A DNA stretch of 64,000 nucleotides from Candidatus Micrarchaeota archaeon (lineage in GTDB: Archaea; Micrarchaeota; Micrarchaeia; Anstonellales; Bilamarchaeaceae). The stretch spans positions 282-64,281 of the forward strand of contig JAZDMN010000049.1 in NCBI GenBank assembly GCA_043800955.1, in the 5' to 3' direction. Shown one piece after another: positions 9,486 through 18,069 of the stretch. Numbering within the stretch: the stretch's first letter is position 1; each line of letters begins with the position of its first letter. The translations under genes and the position numbers were made by a program. The notes under the pieces were generated by a model. The model ran no database searches. It worked only from the letters and a program-made list of their open reading frames with translations, and was not told the DNA's origin.

Positions 9486-10490
9486 ATGAGACTGCATATT
9501 CCTCCAGGCTACAGGCCAGGCTTGTCGGTCAGGGACACCGAAAGAGCGATTCCGAAAATCAAGAGTCATTTCCAGGACCGACTCTCGGAAAACCTGAACC
9601 TTGAAAGGGCGTCAGCGCCCCTGTTCGTTCAGGCCGGAACCGGAATCAACGATGATTTGAACGGTGTGGAGAGAAAGGTCGCATTTGACGTCAAGGATGA
9701 CAATGGGACAAGGGCGGAGGTCGTCAACTCGCTCGCCAAATGGAAGAGGATGGCGCTGGCTAGATACGGGTTCGGTGTCGGGGAAGGCATCTGGACCGAC
9801 ATGAACGCGGTAAGGCCGGATGAGGAGCTCGACAACATCCATTCGCTCTATGTGGACCAGTGGGACTGGGAGCGGGTTATGAGCGCAGAGAACAGGACTG
9901 TGGATTTCCTCCGATGCATAGTCGCGAAGATATATGACGCGATAAAGAAGACGGAGAGGATGATTGAGAGGGAATACCACATCAAAAGGACCCTGCCTAA
10001 TGACATCACGTTCGTGACCACTTCGGACCTGGAAAAAACTTATCCGAAGCTTGAACGCAAGCAGCGGGAAGACAAAATAGCAAAATCCGAGGGTGCGATA
10101 TTCCTCATGAGGATAGGGTGGCCGCTGCGGGACGGGCAACCCCACGACGGGCGGGCGCCAGATTACGACGACTGGAACCTAAACGGGGATATCATCGTAT
10201 GGAATCCGGTGCTGAAAAGCGCGTTCGAGCTCTCGTCGATGGGCATACGGGTTGATAAGGATTCGCTCCAAAAACAGCTTGCGGCCGCGGGCGCTATGGA
10301 CAGGCTCGGCCTGCAGTTCCACAGAATGCTTATGGACGACCAGCTTCCCCTTTCGGTTGGCGGCGGAATCGGACAATCACGGCTTTCGATGTTGCTCCTC
10401 CGGAAGGCGCACATCGGCGAGGTCCAGGCAAGCCACTGGCCAAATGAGATGACCGCTGAGCTGGAGCGCCACGGGATAAAGCTGCTCTGA
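9486..10490 (+). CDS. asnA: aspartate--ammonia ligase (asparagine synthetase A)
   Basis: N-terminal IPKIKSHFQDRLSENLNLERASAPLFV..GTGINDDLNG closely parallels AsnA; class II aaRS-like fold signature; TATA atttataaat ~25 nt upstream. Confidence 0.8.
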   Translation: MRLHIPPGYRPGLSVRDTERAIPKIKSHFQDRLSENLNLERASAPLFVQAGTGINDDLNGVERKVAFDVKDDNGTRAEVVNSLAKWKRMALARYGFGVGEGIWTDMNAVRPDEELDNIHSLYVDQWDWERVMSAENRTVDFLRCIVAKIYDAIKKTERMIEREYHIKRTLPNDITFVTTSDLEKTYPKLERKQREDKIAKSEGAIFLMRIGWPLRDGQPHDGRAPDYDDWNLNGDIIVWNPVLKSAFELSSMGIRVDKDSLQKQLAAAGAMDRLGLQFHRMLMDDQLPLSVGGGIGQSRLSMLLLRKAHIGEVQASHWPNEMTAELERHGIKLL

Positions 10491-10545
10491 AGCGCTTTTG
10501 AAGTTTCAAGGAAGCCAGCCTGCACACTGGACAAAGGTGACTATG

Positions 10546-10785
10546 ATGAATAAAATGAAGTTACAGGATATGACATGCTGCTCATGGCATAACCCGAGAA
10601 ACGCGATTGTGAATTTAAGGACGGGAGCCCTGATAGCGAAGGAAGCGCTTGACCGGATACCGAACAGCCCTGCCAAGGAGCATATGATATACTCGGGGAA
10701 TATGTGCGACCCTTGCGCAAAAAAGCTTCTTGAAGGAACGATGGAACCGAAGTCCGAAACGATAAAGACAACGGCATCTGAATGA
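10546..10785 (+). CDS. small Cys-containing hypothetical protein
   Basis: About 80 aa with CC...H...C..C pattern; weak support. Confidence 0.25.
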   Translation: MNKMKLQDMTCCSWHNPRNAIVNLRTGALIAKEALDRIPNSPAKEHMIYSGNMCDPCAKKLLEGTMEPKSETIKTTASE

Positions 10786-10798
10786 GGATGCTTGCAAA

Positions 10799-11362
10799 TC
10801 ACAGTTTTCTTATCAAATCCAGAAGCCGCGGATATTCCGTGAAGCCGGCGCCCTCGTTGATATGGCCCGCCCCATGCTCGACAATGAACTCGCATTTTGT
10901 TCCCAGGAGCTTTGCCATGCGCGCGCCTTCCGAAAGCGGGATGAACGGGTCGTTGTCCGAGCTTATGACGATGAAGCGGTCGGCGCTCTCCCGGATTTTC
11001 TTCCAGTCGAATTTTTTTTCCACAAAATTGCGGATTTGGGGGATGCCGAGGTCTTGGGCGAATCCTGCTACAAGGATTACGGCTTTCACTTTCTCGCCCC
11101 CCTGGAATGATTCGAGCAGGCGGAGTATTGTAGGGCTGCCGAGGCTGTGGCTGACCAGTACCCATTCATCCTTCGGTTCGAAGCGCGGGACGAGCTTGCG
11201 GGTGGTGGCGAGCCAGTCGGCCAGTTTCGGGTTGTCGGTTTCGGGAAAATCAGGGCTCAGGACGCGGGATGCTAAACCCGAAACCTGCAACTCGCCCTGC
11301 AGCCAGCCGCTCCAGCAGCTCTTTCCGTCCCCGCCCCAGCAGTGGAAGAGGAAGAAGTCCAT
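10799..11362 (-). CDS. alpha/beta-fold serine hydrolase (RBBP9/YdeN-like)
   Basis: 187 aa, nucleophile elbow HSLGS, C-terminal His; antisense ORF 10506-11165 on same DNA is Arg-rich junk. Confidence 0.6.
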   Translation of the reverse strand: MDFFLFHCWGGDGKSCWSGWLQGELQVSGLASRVLSPDFPETDNPKLADWLATTRKLVPRFEPKDEWVLVSHSLGSPTILRLLESFQGGEKVKAVILVAGFAQDLGIPQIRNFVEKKFDWKKIRESADRFIVISSDNDPFIPLSEGARMAKLLGTKCEFIVEHGAGHINEGAGFTEYPRLLDLIRKL

Positions 11363-11371
11363 AGGGATGCC

Positions 11372-11722
11372 TCAGAGTAGTTTCAGCTTCCCGAAAATAG
11401 CGTCGAGCTCCTTCTCGTCCCACGGGCCGGCCGCGAAGCATGTGATGGAGCCGGGCTCCACCTGCGTGTGGCCGGCATCGCGGATGAGCTCGCACGGTAT
11501 TCCGGCGGCTTTCCCTTTGTTGTAGTATTCGAGCAGCTCATCCTCGCTCTGGACCTTGAGGACGACCTTCATCTGGCCTTCATCTTCCCAGGCACGGGCG
11601 ATTTCGGGATGGGATTTGGTAACTTTTTTATAGGCTGATACTGAGGCGTGGGAACCTTGCCCTATCATCTTTCCGCATGACATCCTAAGGTCTTTCCTCT
11701 CAACAATGACCTGTTTATACAT
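11372..11722 (-). CDS. pth2: peptidyl-tRNA hydrolase, archaeal type (Pth2)
   Basis: MYKQVIVERKDLRMSCGKMIGQGSHASV matches Pth2 N-terminus; likely start MYKQ at ~11722. Confidence 0.8.
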   Translation of the reverse strand: MYKQVIVERKDLRMSCGKMIGQGSHASVSAYKKVTKSHPEIARAWEDEGQMKVVLKVQSEDELLEYYNKGKAAGIPCELIRDAGHTQVEPGSITCFAAGPWDEKELDAIFGKLKLL

Positions 11723-12675
11723 GACGACCATTTTTCAAGATGCAGTATATATCTCTTCCTCTTTCTTTCCAGATAAAGTTCTCCGCAATCTGAGTACATC
11801 CAAGAACAGATTGCTCTTGCATTATTACCATAATATTCACACTGCCATATATTCTCAACTTTCTTGATATTCCGTGGGATGTTCAGACTTTCTCGAAAAA
11901 CATCTGCCATCCAATATATTATACCGGCATTTGAACTGACAATTCTAAGCCGAATTGTGTTGGGCCGGTTGAAACTTATCGAACCATCACCATCGAAATA
12001 GCCACGTATAAAATGGCGTGCCACAGAAGAGGGCATACCCGGGATAATAAACTTGTTGGTTTTCTTTGGTGTACATCCCAGCGCCAGTAAGTCCATGCAC
12101 ATATTTCGACTATGGATTGCCAATAAAGCGTACTGATTGATAGATTTCTTTGATGGCAATGCTTGATTCACGATGCCGATTCGAGCATTGGAACCAAGGG
12201 CATACCGGATTTTTCTTAGTATACCAATGTCCTTGATAGCTAATTTGAGACGAAATGTCCGCATCTTGGGATCAACGTTTCCATCACTGAACAGCCAGCC
12301 CAAAACATAGGCCATCCCACCCGTCCATTCTTTGAAAAAATTTTCTGCCAGTCGATAACGCCGTGGTTTAATATTGTTTTCCAAACCAAGTTTGTGGGCT
12401 TTATGATAAATGGAACATAACGACCTATGCGGAAAGTAACTTTTGAAATTTACATCCTTTCCATAGTTGCTTTTTAGGAGTGCAACCTCATCTGAATCCC
12501 AATCGGCACTAGGTTTCGTTAAACCGTATCTGTTCAGTGCCCGTTGAACAGTGCTCCGGCCAATATGGTTGTCTCTGGCAATGGTCACGTAGGTCTTCCC
12601 ATTCTTCAGTTGTTGGTCCAGGTACTCCTTATTCCAGTAAATATTGTTGTAACCAGCATTTCTTTTTCCAACCAT
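11665..12675 (-). CDS. free-standing HTH-LAGLIDADG homing endonuclease-like protein (low-GC, horizontally acquired)
   Basis: Two LAGLIDADG motifs (LGWLFSDGNV and IRGYFDGDGSISF), N-terminal helix-turn-helix (TIARDNHIGRSTVQRAL); gene body about 40-45% GC versus ~57% for the window; 3' end overlaps pth2 start by ~57 nt. Confidence 0.7.
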   Translation of the reverse strand: MVGKRNAGYNNIYWNKEYLDQQLKNGKTYVTIARDNHIGRSTVQRALNRYGLTKPSADWDSDEVALLKSNYGKDVNFKSYFPHRSLCSIYHKAHKLGLENNIKPRRYRLAENFFKEWTGGMAYVLGWLFSDGNVDPKMRTFRLKLAIKDIGILRKIRYALGSNARIGIVNQALPSKKSINQYALLAIHSRNMCMDLLALGCTPKKTNKFIIPGMPSSVARHFIRGYFDGDGSISFNRPNTIRLRIVSSNAGIIYWMADVFRESLNIPRNIKKVENIWQCEYYGNNARAICSWMYSDCGELYLERKRKRYILHLEKWSSCINRSLLRGKTLGCHAER

Positions 12676-12700
12676 AGCAGAGAAACCACAAGGCTAAATA
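11700..12700. mobile_element. AT-rich ~1 kb island carrying the LAGLIDADG gene
   Basis: Sharp drop in GC relative to both flanks; content is a homing-endonuclease-type gene. Confidence 0.5.
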
Positions 12701-12828
12701 AATAGATTTGGAGACTTGATTTCCGCGGAACTAAAAAGCATCGATTTTCTTCGGGCCCATGCCCAAATCCGCGCGGATGACTATGGTCTGCTTGTACACG
12801 AATTGTGATTGGAAAGGAAAAATTAATA

Positions 12829-13509
12829 TCAGGAGGCCTTGCCGCCCTGCATTGATGGCAATCCATCGACTAACGGTTCCTGAAGGCCGGTTTTGGGAGG
12901 CGACTTGGACACACGCGCTTTTTCCAGAGGCACGATGTTTGTCGGCAAATCCTCGCTAATCCCAACCGGGCGCAGTATTGATGCCAGCTGCAGGAGGTTC
13001 TCGGCAGACTTGGCCGCGCGGTCAATCCGTGAAGAATCTTCGCTTTCGGTTATCACATATTTCCGGAGCATCCTCTGCTCGAAAAACTCGATTTTCCTGC
13101 CGCTGCCCTCCTGGCGCTCCCTTTTCTCAAAGCGCTCCTCAGGAGAGCCTTCGGTGACGGGAACGCTGTGGAGCCTAAGCTGGAACCCCGCTCCCACCAC
13201 CTTCTGGTTCAGGTCCAGGTCCAATGAGCGGTCTTCCGTCAGGAATTCGAGCCTCGCTAAGAACCTCAGCCCTCCGGCCGGGGTTTCCGCTATTTCCGCG
13301 CTTGCACCGAATAGCTCACGCAGTTTCGCACGGGCATCCCCGAACCTTGTTGCCAAGTCCAAAGCCCCTTTTTTGAAAAAAAATGAGAAGACCTGGCGGA
13401 TTTCTGTTTCTGGGAGAATCCTTTGCCCCTCTGCAAGCGGCTCAACCTTCCTGAAGCCGGGCTCGAGAGCATGAGCCGAGGATGCCTGTCGCGGTATGCA
13501 GTATGCCAT
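12829..13509 (-). CDS. hypothetical protein
   Basis: 226 aa, no recognisable motif, Glu/Arg/Leu-rich. Confidence 0.4.
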   Translation of the reverse strand: MAYCIPRQASSAHALEPGFRKVEPLAEGQRILPETEIRQVFSFFFKKGALDLATRFGDARAKLRELFGASAEIAETPAGGLRFLARLEFLTEDRSLDLDLNQKVVGAGFQLRLHSVPVTEGSPEERFEKRERQEGSGRKIEFFEQRMLRKYVITESEDSSRIDRAAKSAENLLQLASILRPVGISEDLPTNIVPLEKARVSKSPPKTGLQEPLVDGLPSMQGGKAS

Positions 13510-13521
13510 TAATGGTCACCT

Positions 13522-13989
13522 GTGGTTATTCGCGCTAGGAAAGGTTATAAATGTCTGTCACAGAAATATCGACGCATGGTGGATGATATTGAGGCAGTAA
13601 TCAGGCTTGTCGCCGCGGTTCTTATCGGTCTGTCCATAGGATTCTCGCGCAAGCACAAGCCCGCAGGCCTGCGGACATTCGCGCTGTTCTGCCTCGGCTG
13701 CACGATATTCACCCTCGTTTCAATCAGGTTCGACCAGCCTTATAACGACCCCTCGCGCGTGATAGCGCAGATAGTGACCGGCATCGGGTTCCTGGGCCTC
13801 GGAGTCATCTGGCGCCAGGGGATAGGCAAGCCCACGGGGCTTACCACGGCCGCTGCCATCTGGGTGACGGCTGCTATAGGTGTGCTTATCGGACTTGGCA
13901 TGTGGCCGGAGGTCATTATCGGGGCCGTCCTTACGCTGAGCCTGCTGTATTCAAAGGAGCCCCTGAAGAGGGCGCACCTGGAAGAGTAG
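13522..13989 (+). CDS. MgtC/SapB family membrane protein
   Basis: AVIRLVAAVLIGLSIGFSRK ... membrane helices typical of the MgtC family. Confidence 0.7.
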   Translation: MVIRARKGYKCLSQKYRRMVDDIEAVIRLVAAVLIGLSIGFSRKHKPAGLRTFALFCLGCTIFTLVSIRFDQPYNDPSRVIAQIVTGIGFLGLGVIWRQGIGKPTGLTTAAAIWVTAAIGVLIGLGMWPEVIIGAVLTLSLLYSKEPLKRAHLEE

Positions 13990-14011
13990 CCAGCATATCC
14001 GCCGATAATGC

Positions 14012-16588
14012 TTAGGAAATTTTCCAGTATTTCTTGTTCTTGATGAACACTTTCTGCGCCTCAATCAAATCCAGGTAGAACGCATCCTCGCTCCGCTGCA
14101 GGCGCTTGAGGACGCGGTCTGCCGTAGAGGGCCCGATGCCGTAGGTGGAAAGCGCAATCAGCGCCCGCTTCCCGTAGGCACGGATGAGGCCGGCCGAGAA
14201 TTCCAAATCATGCACCACCTGGCCCCCGCGCGGAAGGAGCGCAAGCGAAGCCGCGCCGCACTTGTGGCACTTGACCGAATCTGGCGCACCTGCAAGGTGC
14301 ATGAAGCGGCTTGCGTCGCAGCTGAGGCAACGCAGTTGAACGGTCTTCGAAAGCACGTTCTCCCGAAACGCTGCGATGATGCGCTCGCGCGGGGCAAGTG
14401 CGCCGACGGACTCGGCCCCGGATACCCGTTCTATCCCTATCGCGGCAAAGAAGCTGGCCTTCTTGCGGCTGTCGGTCACGAGGCGGATTTTTCCATTGCG
14501 AACAGACGAGAGAACCCGCTCTGTCCCTTCGATATCGAAATACCTGAAGAAAATCGAGCGCAGCGCCTCCTCGTATACGACCGAGTGGCGCATGGCGGTG
14601 ATGAACCGGCTCCCGATGTTCGCGTCCTCGGAAAGCAGGCCGAACATCCTCCCGACATGCAGGAACTTGAATTTCAGGAGGGACGAATGCTCTAGGGAGT
14701 CCTCGAGCTGCCGCCGGACATCCCGGATTTCGCGGAACGTGTTCACTATCAGCTCCTCCTTGAGGGGGAATGGCAGCTTGATGAGAATCCGGTACGGGTC
14801 GGAGACCGAAATCACGCTCTCGCCTATCAGCCCGGTGATTTTCTTCGAATAGACGCGCGAGAGCACCTCGTTCACCTTCGTCCCGAAGCAGGCGTGGATG
14901 ATGATCAGGTCCTCGACAATCTCGATGACTATCGTTGAGTCGTCAGGCAGCGGACGCACCTCCTTCTTGACCGCGCGCATCCTGCCGACATCCTGCGCGA
15001 CGGTAAACGATACGGGGATGTCCTCCCCGGTCCATGAGGGGACCATGATGTCAGAGCCCGAGCCAGGTTCGGCCAGCACCTCGCCTTCGGTGATGTCCAC
15101 GACGCGCCAGGGAATCCCGTGCGAGAGGAAGCACGAGCCGCTTTCAAGGTTGACCACGAACTCCTCATCCAGGCTGGATACGATGCGGTTTGCCGCGATG
15201 TCCTTCATGAGGAAGCGCTTCGTTTTCGGAATCGTGCTAAGGTACGAGGAGTAGTATTCGCGGGCACGGGATTTGGCCCGAATCGACACTCCGCCTTGGG
15301 GGTCCTCATCATAGAATATTATCCCTTCTGCATAGAGCTGGAGCGCGACCATGCGCAGCTTGTCATACGTTATTCCATACGCATAGGAGCGCGAGAGGAT
15401 GGAATGCGCCTTCGCAAGGTCTGTGCGCCCGAAATCCAGGCATAGCCCGACAAGCTGGTGGGCTATGACATCCAGGGCACCCCGTTCCACCCGCTTGTCC
15501 TCCATCCATCCGTTATGGGCAAGGACCGAGATCACCTCGCTCTCCAGCATATCGTCGAAATCCGAAGGGAAGACAATCCCTTTCGGCGTCTTGTCCAGGC
15601 TGTGGCCCGAGCGTCCGATGCGCTGGATGAGCCGGAACACCTGGTGCGGAGAGCCATACTGCATGACGAGCGACACGTCGCCAACATCAATCCCAAGCTC
15701 GAGCGAGGAGGTGCACAAAATGGAGTTCAGCTTTCCGGATTTGAAATCGTCCTCTGTGGAAAGGCGCACCCCCTTGGCAAGGGAGCCGTGATGGACCCCT
15801 ATGGGCGCGCCCATCTTTTTCAGCGATGCCCCGAGCTCTTCGGCGGTGCTGCGCGTATTGACGAAAAGCAGGGAGCGGTTCTTTCCGCAAAGCTCTTTAA
15901 TTCGCTCGAGCCTCTTTTCCCCCGCCGTATGCTCGACCGATATCTCCATCTTCCTGTTCTTTCCGCTTTCGCATATCGCGTGTTCGCGCTCGCCGAAAAG
16001 GAGCTTTGCCGCCTCGTTCTCGTTCGCGACTGTGGCCGTGAGGCCGATGCGCTGGAATTTCGCGATTTCACTAAGCCGCTCGAGGCCCAACGAAAGCTGC
16101 GCCCCGCGCTTGTTGTCCAGGATGTCATGTATTTCATCCACAATCACAAAGCGCACGCTTGTCAGGTGACGCCGCATTATACGTCCCATGAGGAGCGCCT
16201 GGAGGGATTCGACCGTTGTCAGCAGGATGCGGGGCGGATTCTTCCTGTGCTTGGCCCGCTCGTGCATCGTGGTATCCCCGCTCCTGATGTCATAGGTTAT
16301 CTGCAGCCGGTCGCACCACCAGCCGAACCGCTCCTTCAGGTCGCGGGAAAGCGCGCGCAGCGGCGTGATGTATATGGCGTAAATCCCCTCGCTCTGCGCT
16401 GCCCCTGGCTCGGCCTGCATCAGTTTTATTTTCTCAAGGATGGGAAGGAGGGCGCTTTCCGTCTTGCCTGAGCCGGTGGGCGCCAGAATCAGCACATTTT
16501 GGCCAGATAGGACTTTCGGCATGGCGAGTTTCTGTATCTGGGTAAGCTCGCCGAACCTTTCCCGCACCAATTCCGCTACGCTGGGCAT
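14012..16588 (-). CDS. lhr: Lhr-like large ATP-dependent helicase (DEAD/DEAH superfamily 2)
   Basis: Walker A LILAPTGSGKTESA, DEIH box VIVDEIHD, helicase C domain, ~860 aa with winged-helix and C-terminal Cys-rich domain as in Lhr-core. Confidence 0.75.
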   Translation of the reverse strand: MPSVAELVRERFGELTQIQKLAMPKVLSGQNVLILAPTGSGKTESALLPILEKIKLMQAEPGAAQSEGIYAIYITPLRALSRDLKERFGWWCDRLQITYDIRSGDTTMHERAKHRKNPPRILLTTVESLQALLMGRIMRRHLTSVRFVIVDEIHDILDNKRGAQLSLGLERLSEIAKFQRIGLTATVANENEAAKLLFGEREHAICESGKNRKMEISVEHTAGEKRLERIKELCGKNRSLLFVNTRSTAEELGASLKKMGAPIGVHHGSLAKGVRLSTEDDFKSGKLNSILCTSSLELGIDVGDVSLVMQYGSPHQVFRLIQRIGRSGHSLDKTPKGIVFPSDFDDMLESEVISVLAHNGWMEDKRVERGALDVIAHQLVGLCLDFGRTDLAKAHSILSRSYAYGITYDKLRMVALQLYAEGIIFYDEDPQGGVSIRAKSRAREYYSSYLSTIPKTKRFLMKDIAANRIVSSLDEEFVVNLESGSCFLSHGIPWRVVDITEGEVLAEPGSGSDIMVPSWTGEDIPVSFTVAQDVGRMRAVKKEVRPLPDDSTIVIEIVEDLIIIHACFGTKVNEVLSRVYSKKITGLIGESVISVSDPYRILIKLPFPLKEELIVNTFREIRDVRRQLEDSLEHSSLLKFKFLHVGRMFGLLSEDANIGSRFITAMRHSVVYEEALRSIFFRYFDIEGTERVLSSVRNGKIRLVTDSRKKASFFAAIGIERVSGAESVGALAPRERIIAAFRENVLSKTVQLRCLSCDASRFMHLAGAPDSVKCHKCGAASLALLPRGGQVVHDLEFSAGLIRAYGKRALIALSTYGIGPSTADRVLKRLQRSEDAFYLDLIEAQKVFIKNKKYWKIS

Positions 16589-16848
16589 GGATGACTAGGT
16601 ATGGCTGGAAGGATTAATGAGGAATGCGATTTTTCAGACATTTGTATCGATGATAGCCACGCCGAGGTTGCTGTCTTCGCGCTCATTTCCGGGTGGCTCC
16701 GGCGCTTCTCTTGAAGTTGCCTGAAATGCATCTTCATGATTATATATCATAATACACAATTTTTTAATATATGTCACACCATCCGAGAATAGGGTTTAAA
16801 AAACGAGGGAGGCATTATCTCACGGAGTATCGCTTTTCATCGGAGGTC

Positions 16849-17751
16849 ATGTTCATGGACGATAACGAGTTGGAGCTGTTTCGGCAGGCTGGAAAAATCG
16901 CGTCGAAGGTCCGGGAGGAAAGCAAGAGCCTCATCATGGTGGGCGAATCGCTTCTGGATATCGCAGAGACCATCGAGCAGATGATAGGCGAGGAAGGCGG
17001 AAAGCCCGCGTTCCCGGTAAACATTTCCATAAACGACATCGCAGCCCACTACACGCCGGAATTCGAATCCGAAAACTCCCTTGGCGAGACAGACCTTGTG
17101 AAGATAGACCTGGGAATCGAGATGAACGGGGCCCTGTCCGACACAGCATACACCGTGGATTTGGACGGCAAAAATGGCAAGCTGGTCCAGGCTTCGGACG
17201 AGGCACTCGATAACGCCATCAAGTCCATCCGCCCGGGAGTGACCGTAGGGGAAATCGGCGCGGTGATAGAGCAGACCATCAAGGGGTACGGCTTCAACCC
17301 GATATCAAATCTATCCGGGCACATGATAAAATCCAACGAGCTCCACGCAGGGGTGGAGATACCGAACATAAAGACGAACGACCCCTACAAGTTCCAGGCC
17401 GGCGACATTTTCGCCGTAGAGCCCTTTTCCACCACCGGACAGGGCCATGTGGAGGATTTGGAGCAGGTCGAGATTTTCTCAATCTATATGCCTTCCAAGG
17501 TCAGGATGAGGCAGTCGAGGAAGATTGTCGAGTATGTGATGCAGAACTACGGGATGCTGCCATTTGCTGAGCGGTGGGTGAGGAAGAGCTTCGAATCGAA
17601 GCTTCTTGTCAGCGCGGCACTAAAAGAGCTCCTCCAGAACCATTTCATCAGGGGCTACCCGGTCCTCCGCGAGGTCAGCCGAGGCCTGGTATCCCAGACC
17701 GAGCATACCGTGCTGGTCACAGATGACGGGTGCGAGGTCCTCACGCTCTGA
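16849..17751 (+). CDS. map: methionine aminopeptidase type 2
   Basis: FRQAGKIASKV...AFPVNISINDIAAHYTP and pita-bread fold motifs; ORF track start 16771 is a TTG/GTG alternative, ATG at MFMDD more likely. Confidence 0.8.
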   Translation: MFMDDNELELFRQAGKIASKVREESKSLIMVGESLLDIAETIEQMIGEEGGKPAFPVNISINDIAAHYTPEFESENSLGETDLVKIDLGIEMNGALSDTAYTVDLDGKNGKLVQASDEALDNAIKSIRPGVTVGEIGAVIEQTIKGYGFNPISNLSGHMIKSNELHAGVEIPNIKTNDPYKFQAGDIFAVEPFSTTGQGHVEDLEQVEIFSIYMPSKVRMRQSRKIVEYVMQNYGMLPFAERWVRKSFESKLLVSAALKELLQNHFIRGYPVLREVSRGLVSQTEHTVLVTDDGCEVLTL

Positions 17752-17886
17752 CCGATTGTTTGCGGATAGCCACGACAATCATGCTTCCCCGCTCATGCAT
17801 CTTTTCCGATATATGCGGGTATGGCGGACGTTGGGTTGAGAGCGGCAACGAAAAGCATTAGAATTGGAATCAGCAAAGAAAAACAA

Positions 17887-18063
17887 GGGCCCGTGGCCTA
17901 ACCTGGATAGGGCGAGTGGCTTCGAATGCCGCTTCCAAGCGCGGAAGACACCACTAGGTTATGGGTTCAAATTGCGTTCCCGGTTTCGCTCTTATGGTCT
18001 CCCGTTTCGCGCGGGAAACCGGAATCACGAAACCGGAAACCAGTGAAACTCCCATCGGGCCCG
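17887..18063 (+). tRNA. tRNA-Arg (anticodon UCG) with two introns: canonical 24 nt after position 37 and ~78 nt non-canonical intron in the T-loop
   Basis: Exons assemble to GGGCCCG-TG-GCCT-AACCTGGATA-GGGC-G-AGTGG-CTTCGAA-CCACT-AGGTT-ATGGG-TTCAAAT-CCCAT-CGGGCCC-G with 7 bp acceptor, 5 bp anticodon and T stems; first intron ATGCCGCTTCCAAGCGCGGAAGAC forms a hairpin; T-stem halves ATGGG and CCCAT are separated by ~78 nt. Confidence 0.6.
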
Positions 18064-18069
18064 ATTTTT

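Noticed and set aside
10506-11165. 219-aa Arg/Pro-rich minus-strand ORF
   Set aside because: It is out of frame over the alpha/beta hydrolase gene 10799-11362, which has a clear HSLGS nucleophile motif.
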